Origin: Eledone cirrhosa
Lineage: Eukaryota
Direction: 5' to 3'
DNA length: 64,000 nucleotides
Assembly (NCBI GenBank): GCA_964016885.1
Contig: OZ024757.1
Span: 14,322,001 to 14,386,000, forward strand
Shown here: positions 52,118 to 64,000 of the stretch, one piece after another
Layout: each line of letters starts with the position of its first letter
Numbering within the stretch: the first letter of the stretch is position 1
Program-made: the position numbers and the translations under genes
The notes under the pieces: model-generated
Databases searched by the model: none
What the model was told of the DNA's origin: nothing
The model's input: the letters and a program-made list of their open reading frames with translations, nothing else

Positions 52118-52157
<40 letters not shown>

Positions 52158-54872
52158 CATACACATATATATATATACATATATATACATATATACACAT
52201 ATATATATACACATATACAAATATATATTCATATATACAAATATATATACATATATACAAATATATATATACATATGTACAAATATATATACATATATAC
52301 ATATACATACACACAGACACATATATATATATGATTTATATATATATATATATATATATATTGAGAGAGAGAGAGAGAGAGAGGGGGGTATGTAAAATCC
52401 TTGTATACACATGTATGTATTAATGTATATTCAAATTTGACTAAAGCAGTCTATAAATGAGGCATTATTTATCCACTGAAATAAAGTACCAGTAATGCAC
52501 TGGGTAATTGCTGGCCTTGTGCCAAAAAGTAGAAAATTATTTATCCACTGAAATATTAAGAATATTCAAGTTAATTATTGTTAGAATTAATTTTTTTATA
52601 TGTAATAATTTTTTTAATTTTTCTAATCAAACTAAGGATGCACAGACTAACATAACAAAAGTGGCTCAGTTGTTAATCTAAATAAAAAAAATAAAAAAAA
52701 TACAAGACAAAAAGACATGCTGATGTTTCAGAGAGGAGATATTTAAAGAAGCCTATTTTATCTCTAATTGTGAGATCATGGTAGTATATAACATGGAATT
52801 GGTATATAACATTACTGGTACTTTATTTTATTGACCCCGTAAGGATGAAAGGCAAAGTTATAATGCATATAAAACAGAATTTAATTTGAATGCATTTTTT
52901 AAAGATTTGATGTGTGTATACATTTTTTGGGGACACCTAAATGATGATGATGATTGTCTTACTGCATGGAAGTATGTCATCATTAATGTTTAATGTCCAA
53001 TTTCCTACTAGCAAGGGCTTGACACACAGGGTATGTGTATGTATGTATACACACACACGTACATATATGTTGAATTTGTGGGAGCCCCTACACGGGCACA
53101 AAAGAAGAGTGAGACCGAAGTTGACATATGTTGATGCCCTAAGGACAGACAAAGGTCTCTTGGGGACACAGGATGATGAAGGACAGAGACCGCTGGAGAG
53201 AATTCGTCCATGGATGTCAGGAATTTTACCTGCCCTATATATATATAATAATAATAGAAGGACGATTTGTTAGTCTTCATTACATTTATTGAATAATGAC
53301 GTATGTTTCGCTATTGATCAGCTCAGGGTTTGATCTGTATTGATCTGGCCCAACTTTGGAATCAAAAGCTCATTGGGCCTCTGGTGTGGTAATAACAGAA
53401 TGAACCTACAGTAACTACACGTTACACTCCCTATATATATATTATATATATATAGGGTGAGCATAAAGAAGGTAACAAATGATAATAATTGTTTCGACTT
53501 TTGGCACAAGGCGAGCAATTACCTCAGTACATTACTGGTACTTTATTTTATCGACCCCGTAAGGATGAAAGGCAAAGTTAACCTTGGTGGGATTTGAACT
53601 CAGAACATAAAAGGCCATAACTCTATGCTGAAAAGCATGGTGTCTGACGCTCTACCGATACTGCCAATCCACTGACCTACATAAATTAAATAATTGTTTC
53701 TACTTTTTGCACAAGGCCAGCAATTATCCCAGTGCATTACTGGTACTTTATGTTATCACCCCCTTAAGGATGAAAGGTAAAGTTAACCTTGGCGGGATTT
53801 GAACTCAGATCATAAAGGGAGGTAACTCTATGCTGCAAAGCATGGCGTCCGACCCTCTACCGATACTGCCAATCCACCGATTAAATAATGTGTATAAAAC
53901 AGAATTTAATTTTAATGCATTTTTTAAAGATTTGATGTATGTATACATTTTTGGGGAACACCCTGTGTGTATATATATATATATATATATATTCATTTGG
54001 TGGATTAGTAAATGTGAAGTGAAGATGTGACATTCATGCTTCTACTAAGATCAATCATGTAAAGAATATGGGATAGCTACAAGTGTATTGTATGCAGCTA
54101 ACCCTTTATTTTACAGTGCTTATACACACACACACACATGTGCACGTGTGTATATGAGTGTGTGTGTGTGCTGAATACATGTTAGGTGTCAAAACAATAC
54201 GTTGCGTATTATTTGTGTTAGAAAATAATGAAAAAAAATAATTTTTTTTTATCTTAAATACAATGTTGAGGATTTATAGCTTGAAAAGGTGTATCAATTC
54301 CCATCTCGAAGGTAAACGAAGATGAGAGAAAAGAAAAACAAACAAATAAAAAACAAGTGTGAAATAAAGAAATTTGAAGAATAATTAATTTAAAAAAAAA
54401 AAAAAAAATTGAAGGTTCCTTGTAGGCTGTGGATAGCAGAATAGCATTTTCTGAAACAAGATGCAATAAAGAAAAGAAAAATATTCTTTGAAAAAAATTC
54501 TTTAGAAACACAATGAAACGTCTTGCATTGGATACACATTTCCAGAAAGAAATACAGAGAAAGAGGTAAGAAAACAAGACGGCAAACGGAATTGGTTTTG
54601 GTTAGAGTTATCATGCTGAAATATTCATGCCGATATTGGTCAACAAGTCAATAATTATCATGCAGTTTGAGTGGTTTGTTGAGAGCAAGACAGAAACCAC
54701 GAAGAGAGCATCACATCTGATGTAGAAAGTTAAGATGCACTGAACAAAACAAGCGTTCCCAAAATAAAATAAAATAAAAGAAAAGAAAAGAAAAGAAAAG
54801 AAAAAGGAAAGGAAAATAACACGAACCGACACTGATGACGAAAGAAAGAATATATGAAGAAGAAAGACCCAC

Positions 54873-57314
54873 TTAACAAGACGAGGTCTGGCGATGGTAT
54901 TTGCAATCAGGCATTGAGAGATCTCTCCTCTTTCGTGGGCTTTGTTAATCTCCACGGATCTGCTTTTCCTAAATATATGCCCTGGCAACATGGTATGAGG
55001 TTCAACTGGGTTAGTATCTAAAGAACTACGACTATTGCTCAAGCTGGATCTACTTTGATCTTCAGTAAATAAATTAGAATGAGTGTAGGACGGATTTTCT
55101 GGACTAGATGAGTCGGCATTGATGAACGACTGTAAATCTTTCGAACGGCTGAACGTTTCAGAAGAAGTAGCAGCAGTAGAGGAAGCAGAGAAGAGAGGTG
55201 AACTAGAATTACTTGGACTAGAGCTACGGCTAAACGGAATATCTATAAAATAGTTATCACAGCTGCCTAAATACCAGGAATCATCCAGTTTTTGCCAACA
55301 TCTATCGACAGGAAGGAAAGGATTACTTAAATCTGGAATACTTTGCTTGCTCTCATCACTGCTTGGCCTCTGGCTTTCCATGTCGGACGTATCACAATCA
55401 GCCATTGTTGATTTAAAGCTACAACTGTTTGTGCTAAGACTGCATGCTTGGTCATTGGAGTCGTTCTCTACACTTAAACTAAACACACTGACTGTGCTGC
55501 CACCTATACTTTCAAAATCTTCCAGTGATGTCCTTCCTTTAATATCACTGTGACATGAGTCACTATAATTCATGGAACTAACCTCCTCCAAAGTAAGTGT
55601 CTCTTCGCTGATTGCAACTAGATTTCCATCGTCAAAGCTCATTTTTAATAAAAAGTCCATACCTAAATATGATTCATAATCCTTAGATGTTGCCTCAATA
55701 CTTCCAAACTCTTGGTTGTATTTAGAGTCCACAATGTTACACCTATAACTAGCTTTGTCTTCGTGAGAATGGTGGTTCTTCAATTTATACAAGTCTTTAT
55801 GTCCAAATCTTGATCGATAGGGTCGGGTTTCTATACACGGGGCTCTTGACCTGATATCACTGCATATGCTATTTTTGTCGTTGCTGTTTTGATCTGAGCA
55901 GGTCTGTAGACTTGGCCAATCATTCTCATCAGTGCTGGCTTCTTCTCCGTTGTCATTGAAATCTGCCTGGCAGTAGTAGCCTCCCAAGATACATGCTGGG
56001 TGAAACGTTTCGTCCTCTTCATCCTCGTCTTCCATCTCTGGCCAAGAGTCTTTCTCAAAATGTACGCTAATGCTATCGTTGTCGATACTTTCGTTAAAGT
56101 GGTAATCTAAGACAATACTCGGTTTCGGGTAACCTTCAATTTCAGCACAACCAGGAACTTTCCTACTGCCATTGTAGCAAGCTTCTTGGTATTCATTGTT
56201 CCTTGTCCTCTGTTGGTTACATTCATCACACACTTGGCAGGTGTTGTATATCTCACCGCCATCGCTCGCTCGTCTGTTAACATCGGCCGGCATTAAACCA
56301 CTTTGACGGAAATCATGACTACGTCTACGACGGTTGTTCAAAATCGTGCGGATCGAATCGTCAATGGTATTGATCCAGTGGTACTCTTCATTTATAGGCA
56401 GTTTGTTGATAGATTCCGACGAACGTTTTATAGTGGTGTCAAAATTACGAGACTCATCCACCCTCCACTGTACATCCTCAATGCCAGCAGAGAGCTTATT
56501 TTCAGAACTTGGCAACAGTTTTCTTGAAAGACGGGTATTTCTCTGTTCTCGGCTATTTCTTTTTTCCAGGGTACTTCTTTGCTCCAGGGCATTTCTTTGC
56601 TCCAGGGCATTTCTTTGCTCCAGGGCATTTCTTTGCTCAAGGGCATTTCTTTGCTCCAGGGGACTTCTTAGCTCCAGGGGACTTCTTAGCTCCAGGGGAC
56701 TTCTTTGTTCCAGGATATTTCTTAGCTCCAGGGGACTTCTTTGCTCCAGGGGACTTCTTTGTTCCAAGATATTTCTTTGTTCTAGAGTGTTCTCTGTCAG
56801 TGGATCTTCACCCACAGAAGGCAACATGCACAAACCATTGTTGTGGATGTGGTTGCTCTCATTCACTGTTTTAATTTTATCGTCAATGACTAAAACTACG
56901 GGCCTGCGGTTATACAGTGGTTCCTTACTGAGGTCCGGGTTATGTTTCTTCACCGTTTCCTCCGCAGGGAACTGATAGTTCTCGACGAGTATATTTGGTT
57001 CAGACCCAATCCAATTCTCTGAAGAATCTGAAGTGCTTATGGTACTTTCTATGTTATTTTGCTTCTGGTTAATATTATCCAGGCTATTATTATCCATGTT
57101 ACTAACTACTACAGCATTAGTAGTGCTACTACTACTAGATTGCTTACTCTCACGGCAGCTTCCCTCATACTCAGTACCGACATACTCTGGAGGATCGTCA
57201 TACTCAATACTTTTTTTATAATTATGTTGTGTGCTGTTATAGGGTTTATTGGCCCGGGGCAATATCTCAGAGCCCTCCGGAGAATCTGTCTGCAAAGGCT
57301 CCTCTGTCATTGGC
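54873..57314 (-). CDS. Giant 2442-bp coding exon (814 codons; acidic, Ser-rich, probably disordered) of the minus-strand gene
   Basis: 899-aa ORF in AT-rich DNA; acceptor ttcatctgtag|G CCA ATG; donor AA|GTGGGT; phase 2-2, joins flanking exons in frame. The donor position is less certain. Confidence 0.75.
56535..56790 (-). repeat. Coding 18-bp tandem repeat, LE(Q/L)R(N/S)(A/P/I/T) x ~14
   Basis: Seen in the ORF translation and in DNA. Confidence 0.9.
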
Positions 57315-60300
57315 CTACAGATGAAGTAGATAAAAGAAAAGATTTAATGCCTCCAAATTTGTTATTTTTCAAAATTAACTGAAGCACATAGGCTGTGGTA
57401 TTTTAATAGAAATATGATAACAAAGGGGTTAAAGTGTCCCTCACAAAATAATAAACATTTCCAAGTTTATTATTATTTTCAAATTTAACCCTTTAGCATT
57501 TAAACCAACTGTAACTGGCCACTCATACTGATGTTAAGGTATTGTTCTCAAAATAAATAATATCAAAATCTCATAGATTCGATATTATGTGAGATAATTA
57601 TGTGAAGTAAAGCCTTTACCATGAAAATATAATAGTATATATATAGAATAGTGTAAATGGTAAAGGGCTAATTGAAACACACAGGCAGTGTATTTTAATA
57701 GAAATATGGTAACAAAAGGGTTAAGGTGTTCCTTACAAAATAATAAACACTTCCAAGTTTGTTATTATTTTCAAGTACAATTGAAACACAGACAGTTTAT
57801 ATTTTAATAGAAATATGGTAAAGAAAAAGTGAATAAATTCCTCACAAATTAAAAAATACCTCCAAAATTATTATCATTTTCAAAGTTTATAGAAACACAT
57901 CTAGGAAGCGTGTTTCAATAGAAATATAGAAACAAAACGGTTAAGAAATTGTTTACAAATTAAGAAATACCTATTTTCAAAATTAATTGAAACACAAAGG
58001 CAATGTATTTCATTAGAAATATGGTAACAAAATGGTTAATGATTTCTTCACATATTAAGAAATGATTCTCTAATATACTCAACATAATCTGAATAAGGAA
58101 TCTCACAAGGAATGGTATTATGGAATCAAATCGAGGAGAAGTAGGTCTATATATATATTATTAGAAATTAGTATTGGTGCTCTGAAATAGCGATATATAT
58201 ATGAATGTATGTATAGTATATTTGATAATATACTGTATGTTTATTTTAAAACATTTTGAAGACCATTCGCTATGAATTTTAAAGTAGTGATTAGGTCATG
58301 TCCTTAGTCTATTGTTGTTTTGCCCTAGGTCAAGCTAGGTCAAGCTGACCTAGAGGCTCCTCCAATCACCACCACAATTTTTTTGAAAATATATTTTTAA
58401 GTATTACCATCACTTACAATGGTAAATGCCAACTCGAAGACAGAAAATCAGAAAAAAAAAGACCAAAAATATTGAAGAATTCACAGAATTGTTCTAATAT
58501 TCAAATATATATTTCATGTGTTGGTTATATAGAATATGTATGTTTTATTTTCTTGTAGAGTGAGAGACTCCTAGTCTTCATTAAGACATCTCTCGAGAAG
58601 GTCACTCTGATATAAAACCTGCGACTTTGTTGTATCCAATGATGTGGACCAGTTCTACTTTTTAGGTATATGTATTCGATGTTCAGAGAGTGGGATTGGC
58701 CCCATGTAAAGCTTTTCCTCACTTAAAAAAGATCTAACAGAGGCATTGTTTGATATGCGACATTCTTTTTGCAATGCATGGCATTGATGGCCATAGGCAA
58801 GTCCCTAGCAGGACTAAAAAGCCACGTCTGTGATGCTCATGGTTAAAAATCAAGCGATGGCATTACTTGAAATCGAGTTGCAGCCATCATGTATGTATAT
58901 ATGTGTGTATGAAAGGAGTGACAATTAATTAAACAATTGGTTGATTAGCTGTTCAAAAATAAAACAAACAGAAGTGAAAAAAAAACACAGTACATGTGTT
59001 TTAATCAGCAGCATGACCCTCTCAAAATACAACACTGTTAATAAACTCACCACAACTTTGTCAGAAACAGACACCCTCTCTATTGTCCTAGAATGTCTGA
59101 TAAACGCTTAAATACTAAATACAAAAACAAATGAAAGACATGAACAGGTGTTTGTCTACAATGACCTCTTCACTGAGATGTCATGTGATCTAGGTCATGT
59201 GGTTCATGTCCTGTAACTTAGCCCAAGGATATTTGTGTTATGTACAATATAGCAAGCATTTCTTGATTTTATCCATCTCTAGACATGTTTAGTGACATAC
59301 ACACACACGCATATATATATATATATACTAGAAATGTTTTCATATACTGACGTGTATGTGCATATGCATTCATCATCATCAACATCATTTTACATCTGCT
59401 TTTCCCTGTTTGCAAGGGTGGGATGGGAACTGATTCTGGCTTGATTTCTACAGCTGGATGCCCTTCCTAACACCAACCTCATTTACAGTGAGTGCTGGGT
59501 GCTTTTTTGCCATGGCACCTCCACGACCACTTTGCAGTGGAATGATAGGGACCCCAGTCCCTATCATCTCATTTCTACAGCTGAGTAAACTGGAGCAATA
59601 TGAAATAAAGTGTCTTGCTCAAGGAAACAACACATCACCCGGTCTGAGAATTGAACTCACAACCTTTCGATTGCAAGCCCAATGCTCTAACCACTAAGCC
59701 ATGTGCCTCCATATATATATATAAACGTGCAAACACATACATGCTTCCCCTTCTTTCCTTTTACACACACACACACACATACATTCACACAAGCAGTAGA
59801 TGTAAAGAGAGAGGAGTAGTATGAGGTAGTCAAACTGCTCCTCTCTCTTTATGTGTTGTGACAGAATCACAGATATTTATATATATATATATATATTCAT
59901 ATGTTGGATCTGACAGAGTAATGAATGCTCCAGTTGTTTCATCAATGGAAAGGCTGCCTGTTTGTGAAATAAACGTACAAGTAGCTGAGCATTCCACATA
60001 TATGTGCACCCTCTCCATAGTTGTCAGGGAGACTCAGCATAACACAGAATCTGACATGGCTGGCCTTTTGAATTACCCTTTTTTTCAGCTGAGTGAACTA
60101 GAGCAATGTGAAATAAAGGGTTTTTCTCAGTGACACAATGCATCACTGCCACTAGGAATTGAACTCATGAGCTGAAAACTCTAACCACTATACCACACAC
60201 ATTTATATATATGTATATATGTTCTCTGGACTTTCACAAACATGGTAGCGTTAGCCAACAACATATCAACCCACCTACCTAATTGTGGTAACACCTGATG

Positions 60301-60595
60301 ATGTCACACCAGTGCAGGTCACTGTTATAACAATTGCACAACAGCTCCATGCTGGTGTCACAGAAAGACATATGTTTAATAAATATGATCATGTAACTTC
60401 TGTCTTGACATTTATTTCATATATATATATATATAATAAACGTTGAAAATTGAAAAAGTCAGGAGTGAAGAGTGCTCTATGTAGGTGCCAGAACTAAATT
60501 TAACACATTATATGTATATATATATATACATATATATATATATGTATATATATACATATATATATATACATATATATATACATATATATATATAC

Positions 60596-60706
<111 letters not shown>

Positions 60707-60761
60707 CATATATATATATACATATATATATATACATATATATATACATATATATATATAC

Positions 60762-60792
<31 letters not shown>

Positions 60793-60804
60793 CATATATA
60801 TATA

Positions 60805-61410
60805 GGAGATCAGATTAGCATGGGAGGAGGGTGTTCCGAGGCCATAGTATCTAGAATAAGGACGGGTTGGAAGAAGTTTAGGGAGCTGCTTCCTCTGTTG
60901 ACGAAGAAGGGTTTCTCCCTGCATACGAAAGGCCGGTTGTATGATGCCTGTGTGAGGAGCGCGATGCTGCATGGTAGTGAGACATGGGCAGCAACCGCAG
61001 AAGATATGCGACGGCTGGAGAGAAATGAGGCAAGCATGCTCCGTTGGATGTGCAGTGTAAATGTGCGTGAACGACCTAGCATAAATGTGTTGAGAGAGAA
61101 ACTGTGTCTGAGAGGGATAGAATGTAGTGTACGGGAGAGGAGACTGAGGTGGTATGGACATGTGATGCGCATGGAGGATGACCGATGGGTGAAGAAGTGC
61201 CAGGAAATGCCAGTTGAAGGAAGACGTGGTAGAGGTAGACCACGAAAAACGTGGGCGGAGGTGGTGAGAACAGACCTCAGATCATTGAAGCTCACGGTGG
61301 AGATGACGAGGGACCGTGACGAGTGGAGAGATGCTGTGCTGAATAAGATCCGTCCCACCCTTGCAAGCAGGGAAAAGCGGACGTAAAATGATGATGATGA
61401 TGATGATGAT
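60805..61410 (+). mobile_element. RTE LINE 3' fragment embedded in a (TA)n expansion
   Basis: [32 protein letters not shown]...RRLRWYGHV...GRPRKTW, uninterrupted; (gat)n tail. Confidence 0.92.
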
Positions 61411-61818
61411 ATATATATATACATATATATATATATATGTATATTATACATATATATACATATATGTCTATATATACATATATATATGTATATATATACA
61501 TATATATGTATATATATACATATATATATATATACATATATGTATATATATACATAGATATGTATATATATACATATATATATATATGTATATATATACA
61601 TATATATGTATATATATACATATATATATATATGTATATATATACATATATATGTATATATATACATATATATATATATGTATATATATACATATATATG
61701 TATATATATACATATATATGTATATATATACATATATATATATATGTATATATATACATATATATATATACATATATATATGTATATATATACATATACA
61801 TATATACATATATATATA

Positions 61819-61868
<50 letters not shown>

Positions 61869-61975
61869 CATATATATATATACATATATATATATACATA
61901 TATATACCATCATCATCTTCGTTTAATGTCTATCTTCCACGCTAGCATGGGTTAAACAGGTATATATATTTATAT

Positions 61976-62380
61976 ATATTGTTATGCTTTGGGAGGGTCA
62001 TGTTGCCAATAAGAAACACACGCACCAGTTGCTTACACTCCAATTTGTTATAAATTAAAGAATTTATAAATTTCCGGTTGGTTGTTTGGTTCCATAACAG
62101 TCCTACGCCATCTTGTTTCAAGAAACAAGATCGCATAGGACAGAACAAAGGAGAGGCACAAAACAAAGAAAAGAATCCCCAGTCACTGAAGAGGTCACAG
62201 AATGTGTGATGAAAGAACTTTGACACTATATGAACAACCGTCCGGTTATGGAACCAACCAACTAACCGGAAATTTATAAATTCTTAAATTTATAAATTTA
62301 ATTTATAATAAATTGGAGTGAAAGCAACTGGTGCGTGTGTTTCTTATTGGCAACATGACTCTCCCAAAGCATAACAATAT
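61976..62380. repeat. Fold-back insert (~125-bp arms, ~145-bp spacer) next to (TA)n
   Basis: atattgttatgctttgggagggtcatgttgccaataagaaacacacgcaccagttgc… and its reverse complement ending 62380. Confidence 0.85.
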
Positions 62381-62497
62381 CGGTTTCAACACACTTTTTC
62401 AGATAAAGAATCTTGCTAAACAAATTCAGAAACGAAATATATATATATATAGTAATAATAAATGTGAAGACTCAAATCCAAAGAGGGCTCGATAAGG

Positions 62498-62545
<48 letters not shown>

Positions 62546-62726
62546 AAAGTTTCAAAAAATCCCGTAAAAGGGTGAAAGCAGCGATTCTTTGCTAAAACTT
62601 TAATCTGTACATATAATATATATATATGTGTGTACACATATATATATATATATACATATGTATATGTATATATGGTACACACACATGAATTTCCAAAAGA
62701 AAATAAAACAATAAAATCGCAAATAC

Positions 62727-62801
62727 TTTTTCATTTGATTGATTCTGAGTTTTTCCTTGATATTAGCAAATGTCGGCTTTCCGGATGGTTTCTCAGTTGG
62801 T
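62727..62801 (-). CDS. 75-bp coding exon of the minus-strand gene (PTEKPSGKPTFANIKEKLRINQMK)
   Basis: Strong pyrimidine tract with tttcag| acceptor, AA|GTATTT donor, phase 2-2, open frame. Confidence 0.7.
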
Positions 62802-63295
62802 CTGAAATAGAAAGAGAGAGAGAAAGAAAGAAAGAGAAAAAGAATATTAGTTAGTGTCTTCTTTGGAGACGATGAAGAAAGTCTTGATGACTTTTGTTTT
62901 CAAATACCCAGAATAGGGCACAATTAACCCTTTAGCACAGGCGTTGGCAACCTTTATCGTGAATCGATGAGATATGGTTCATCATCAGGTGGGCCGCAAG
63001 CACTAATTTATATTTGTGCCCACATTAAAAAAAAGGGCAGTAACTCAGGTTGTTTTGATTTGATTTTTCAGAATTCGTACACGTCTTCCTCAATCGTAAA
63101 AATGATAGAAAGATAAATTACAGCTGAAAAATTGGGGTAAAAAAATCAGAAGATTTCACTGAGGTGATTTAGGCAGGCCATTCAGAAAGCTTCGCAGGCC
63201 ACAGGTTTGCCCATGACTGCTTGAGTATAAGGTTTCTCAAGCAATTGGTTGCTAGGTGAAGTATGTTAATTGGCTTCAGATCAGTCCCTTATCTC

Positions 63296-63490
63296 AGAGG
63301 TTCAATGTATTGGACAGGATTCTGGCAGTGCTAGTGATGGTAGAAATTTGGGCACTGCCTATGAAGTCAAGGATCTCAAGGCTTTTGATGGAAGATGTTA
63401 GGCATTTAGGGACCATGCCTAGCACACCAATGACAATTGGTATGACTTCTGTCTCTACATGGTGCTCAGTTCTTATAGCATCTAAAAGGC
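63296..63490 (-). mobile_element. R4/Dong-like RLE C-terminal fragment
   Basis: VIPIVIGVLGMVP...STARILSNTLNL*. Confidence 0.65.
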
Positions 63491-63502
63491 CTAATAATAA
63501 TA

Positions 63503-63923
63503 ATAATTGTTTCTACTTTAGGCACAAGGCCAGCAATTACCCAGTGCATTACTGGTACTTTATTTTATCGACCCCGTAAGGATGAAAGGCAAAGTAAACC
63601 TCGGCGGGATTTGAACTCAGATCGTAAAGGGACGTAACTATGCTGGAAAGCATGGCGTCCGACCCTCTACCGATACTGCCAATCCACCGCCCTAATAATA
63701 ATAATGATTTCTAGTATAGGCACAAGGCCAACGACTTTGGGGGAAAGGGAAAGTCGATTAAATTGACCTCAGTGTATTACTGGTACTTTATTTTATCAAC
63801 CCCCGTAAGGATGAAAGGCAAATATAACCTCGGCGGGATTTGAACTCAGAACATAAAGTGCCATAACTCTATGCTGCCATACATGTTGTCCGATTCTCTA
63901 CCGATGCTGCCAATGTACCACCC
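63503..63923 (-). mobile_element. Two tandem copies of the tRNA-derived SINE within (taa)n
   Basis: Same head, body and tail as 9729-9910. Confidence 0.9.
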
Positions 63924-63957
<34 letters not shown>

Positions 63958-63960
63958 CAC

Positions 63961-64000
63961 TTGAATCCTGAAGCACTGTCATAGTAAGCCATTCCTTTCT
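63961..64000 (-). CDS. Partial coding exon running off the window edge (…KGMAYYDSASGF)
   Basis: AA|GTGAGT donor; phase 2 is compatible with the 62801 acceptor. Confidence 0.6.

Noticed and set aside
56334-56975. 213-aa plus-strand ORF with LCSRAF repeats
   Set aside because: Antisense shadow of the coding 18-bp repeat in the large minus-strand exon.
58723-58813. Possible minus-strand exon (tttttag...aa|gtgagg)
   Set aside because: All three frames contain a stop; cannot be supported as coding.

Overview
AT-rich, (TA)n-microsatellite-laden animal genomic DNA. The SINE/LINE/MITE repertoire suggests a coleoid cephalopod such as Octopus (inference). Host genes: (i) ASB8 on + (coding exons 24419-24649 and 28050-28682, 287 aa), with a probable non-coding first exon at a bidirectional CCAAT promoter near 19.2 kb; (ii) the 3' part of an unidentified multi-exon gene on - (five exons joined in phase 2, one of them 2442 bp). 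The remainder is mostly decayed mobile DNA: Gypsy, RTE, CR1-like, CRE and R4/Dong retroelements, mariner and DD37D transposons, MITEs, two tRNA-derived SINE families, and minisatellites. Most unusual: (a) two diverged, convergent ~163-200 nt GC-rich units (8156-8318 +, 11874-11675 -) with identically spaced TATA, A/B boxes, T-run terminators and covarying terminal stems. They look like an unannotated Pol III RNA family with VA/EBER/vault-like architecture, surrounded by octamers, free B-boxes and a 545-bp perfect inverted repeat. (b) A dispersed set of fold-back inserts in (TA)n tracts carrying hammerhead-ribozyme cores, one apparently intact (35145-35213). All alignments and folds were done by eye.
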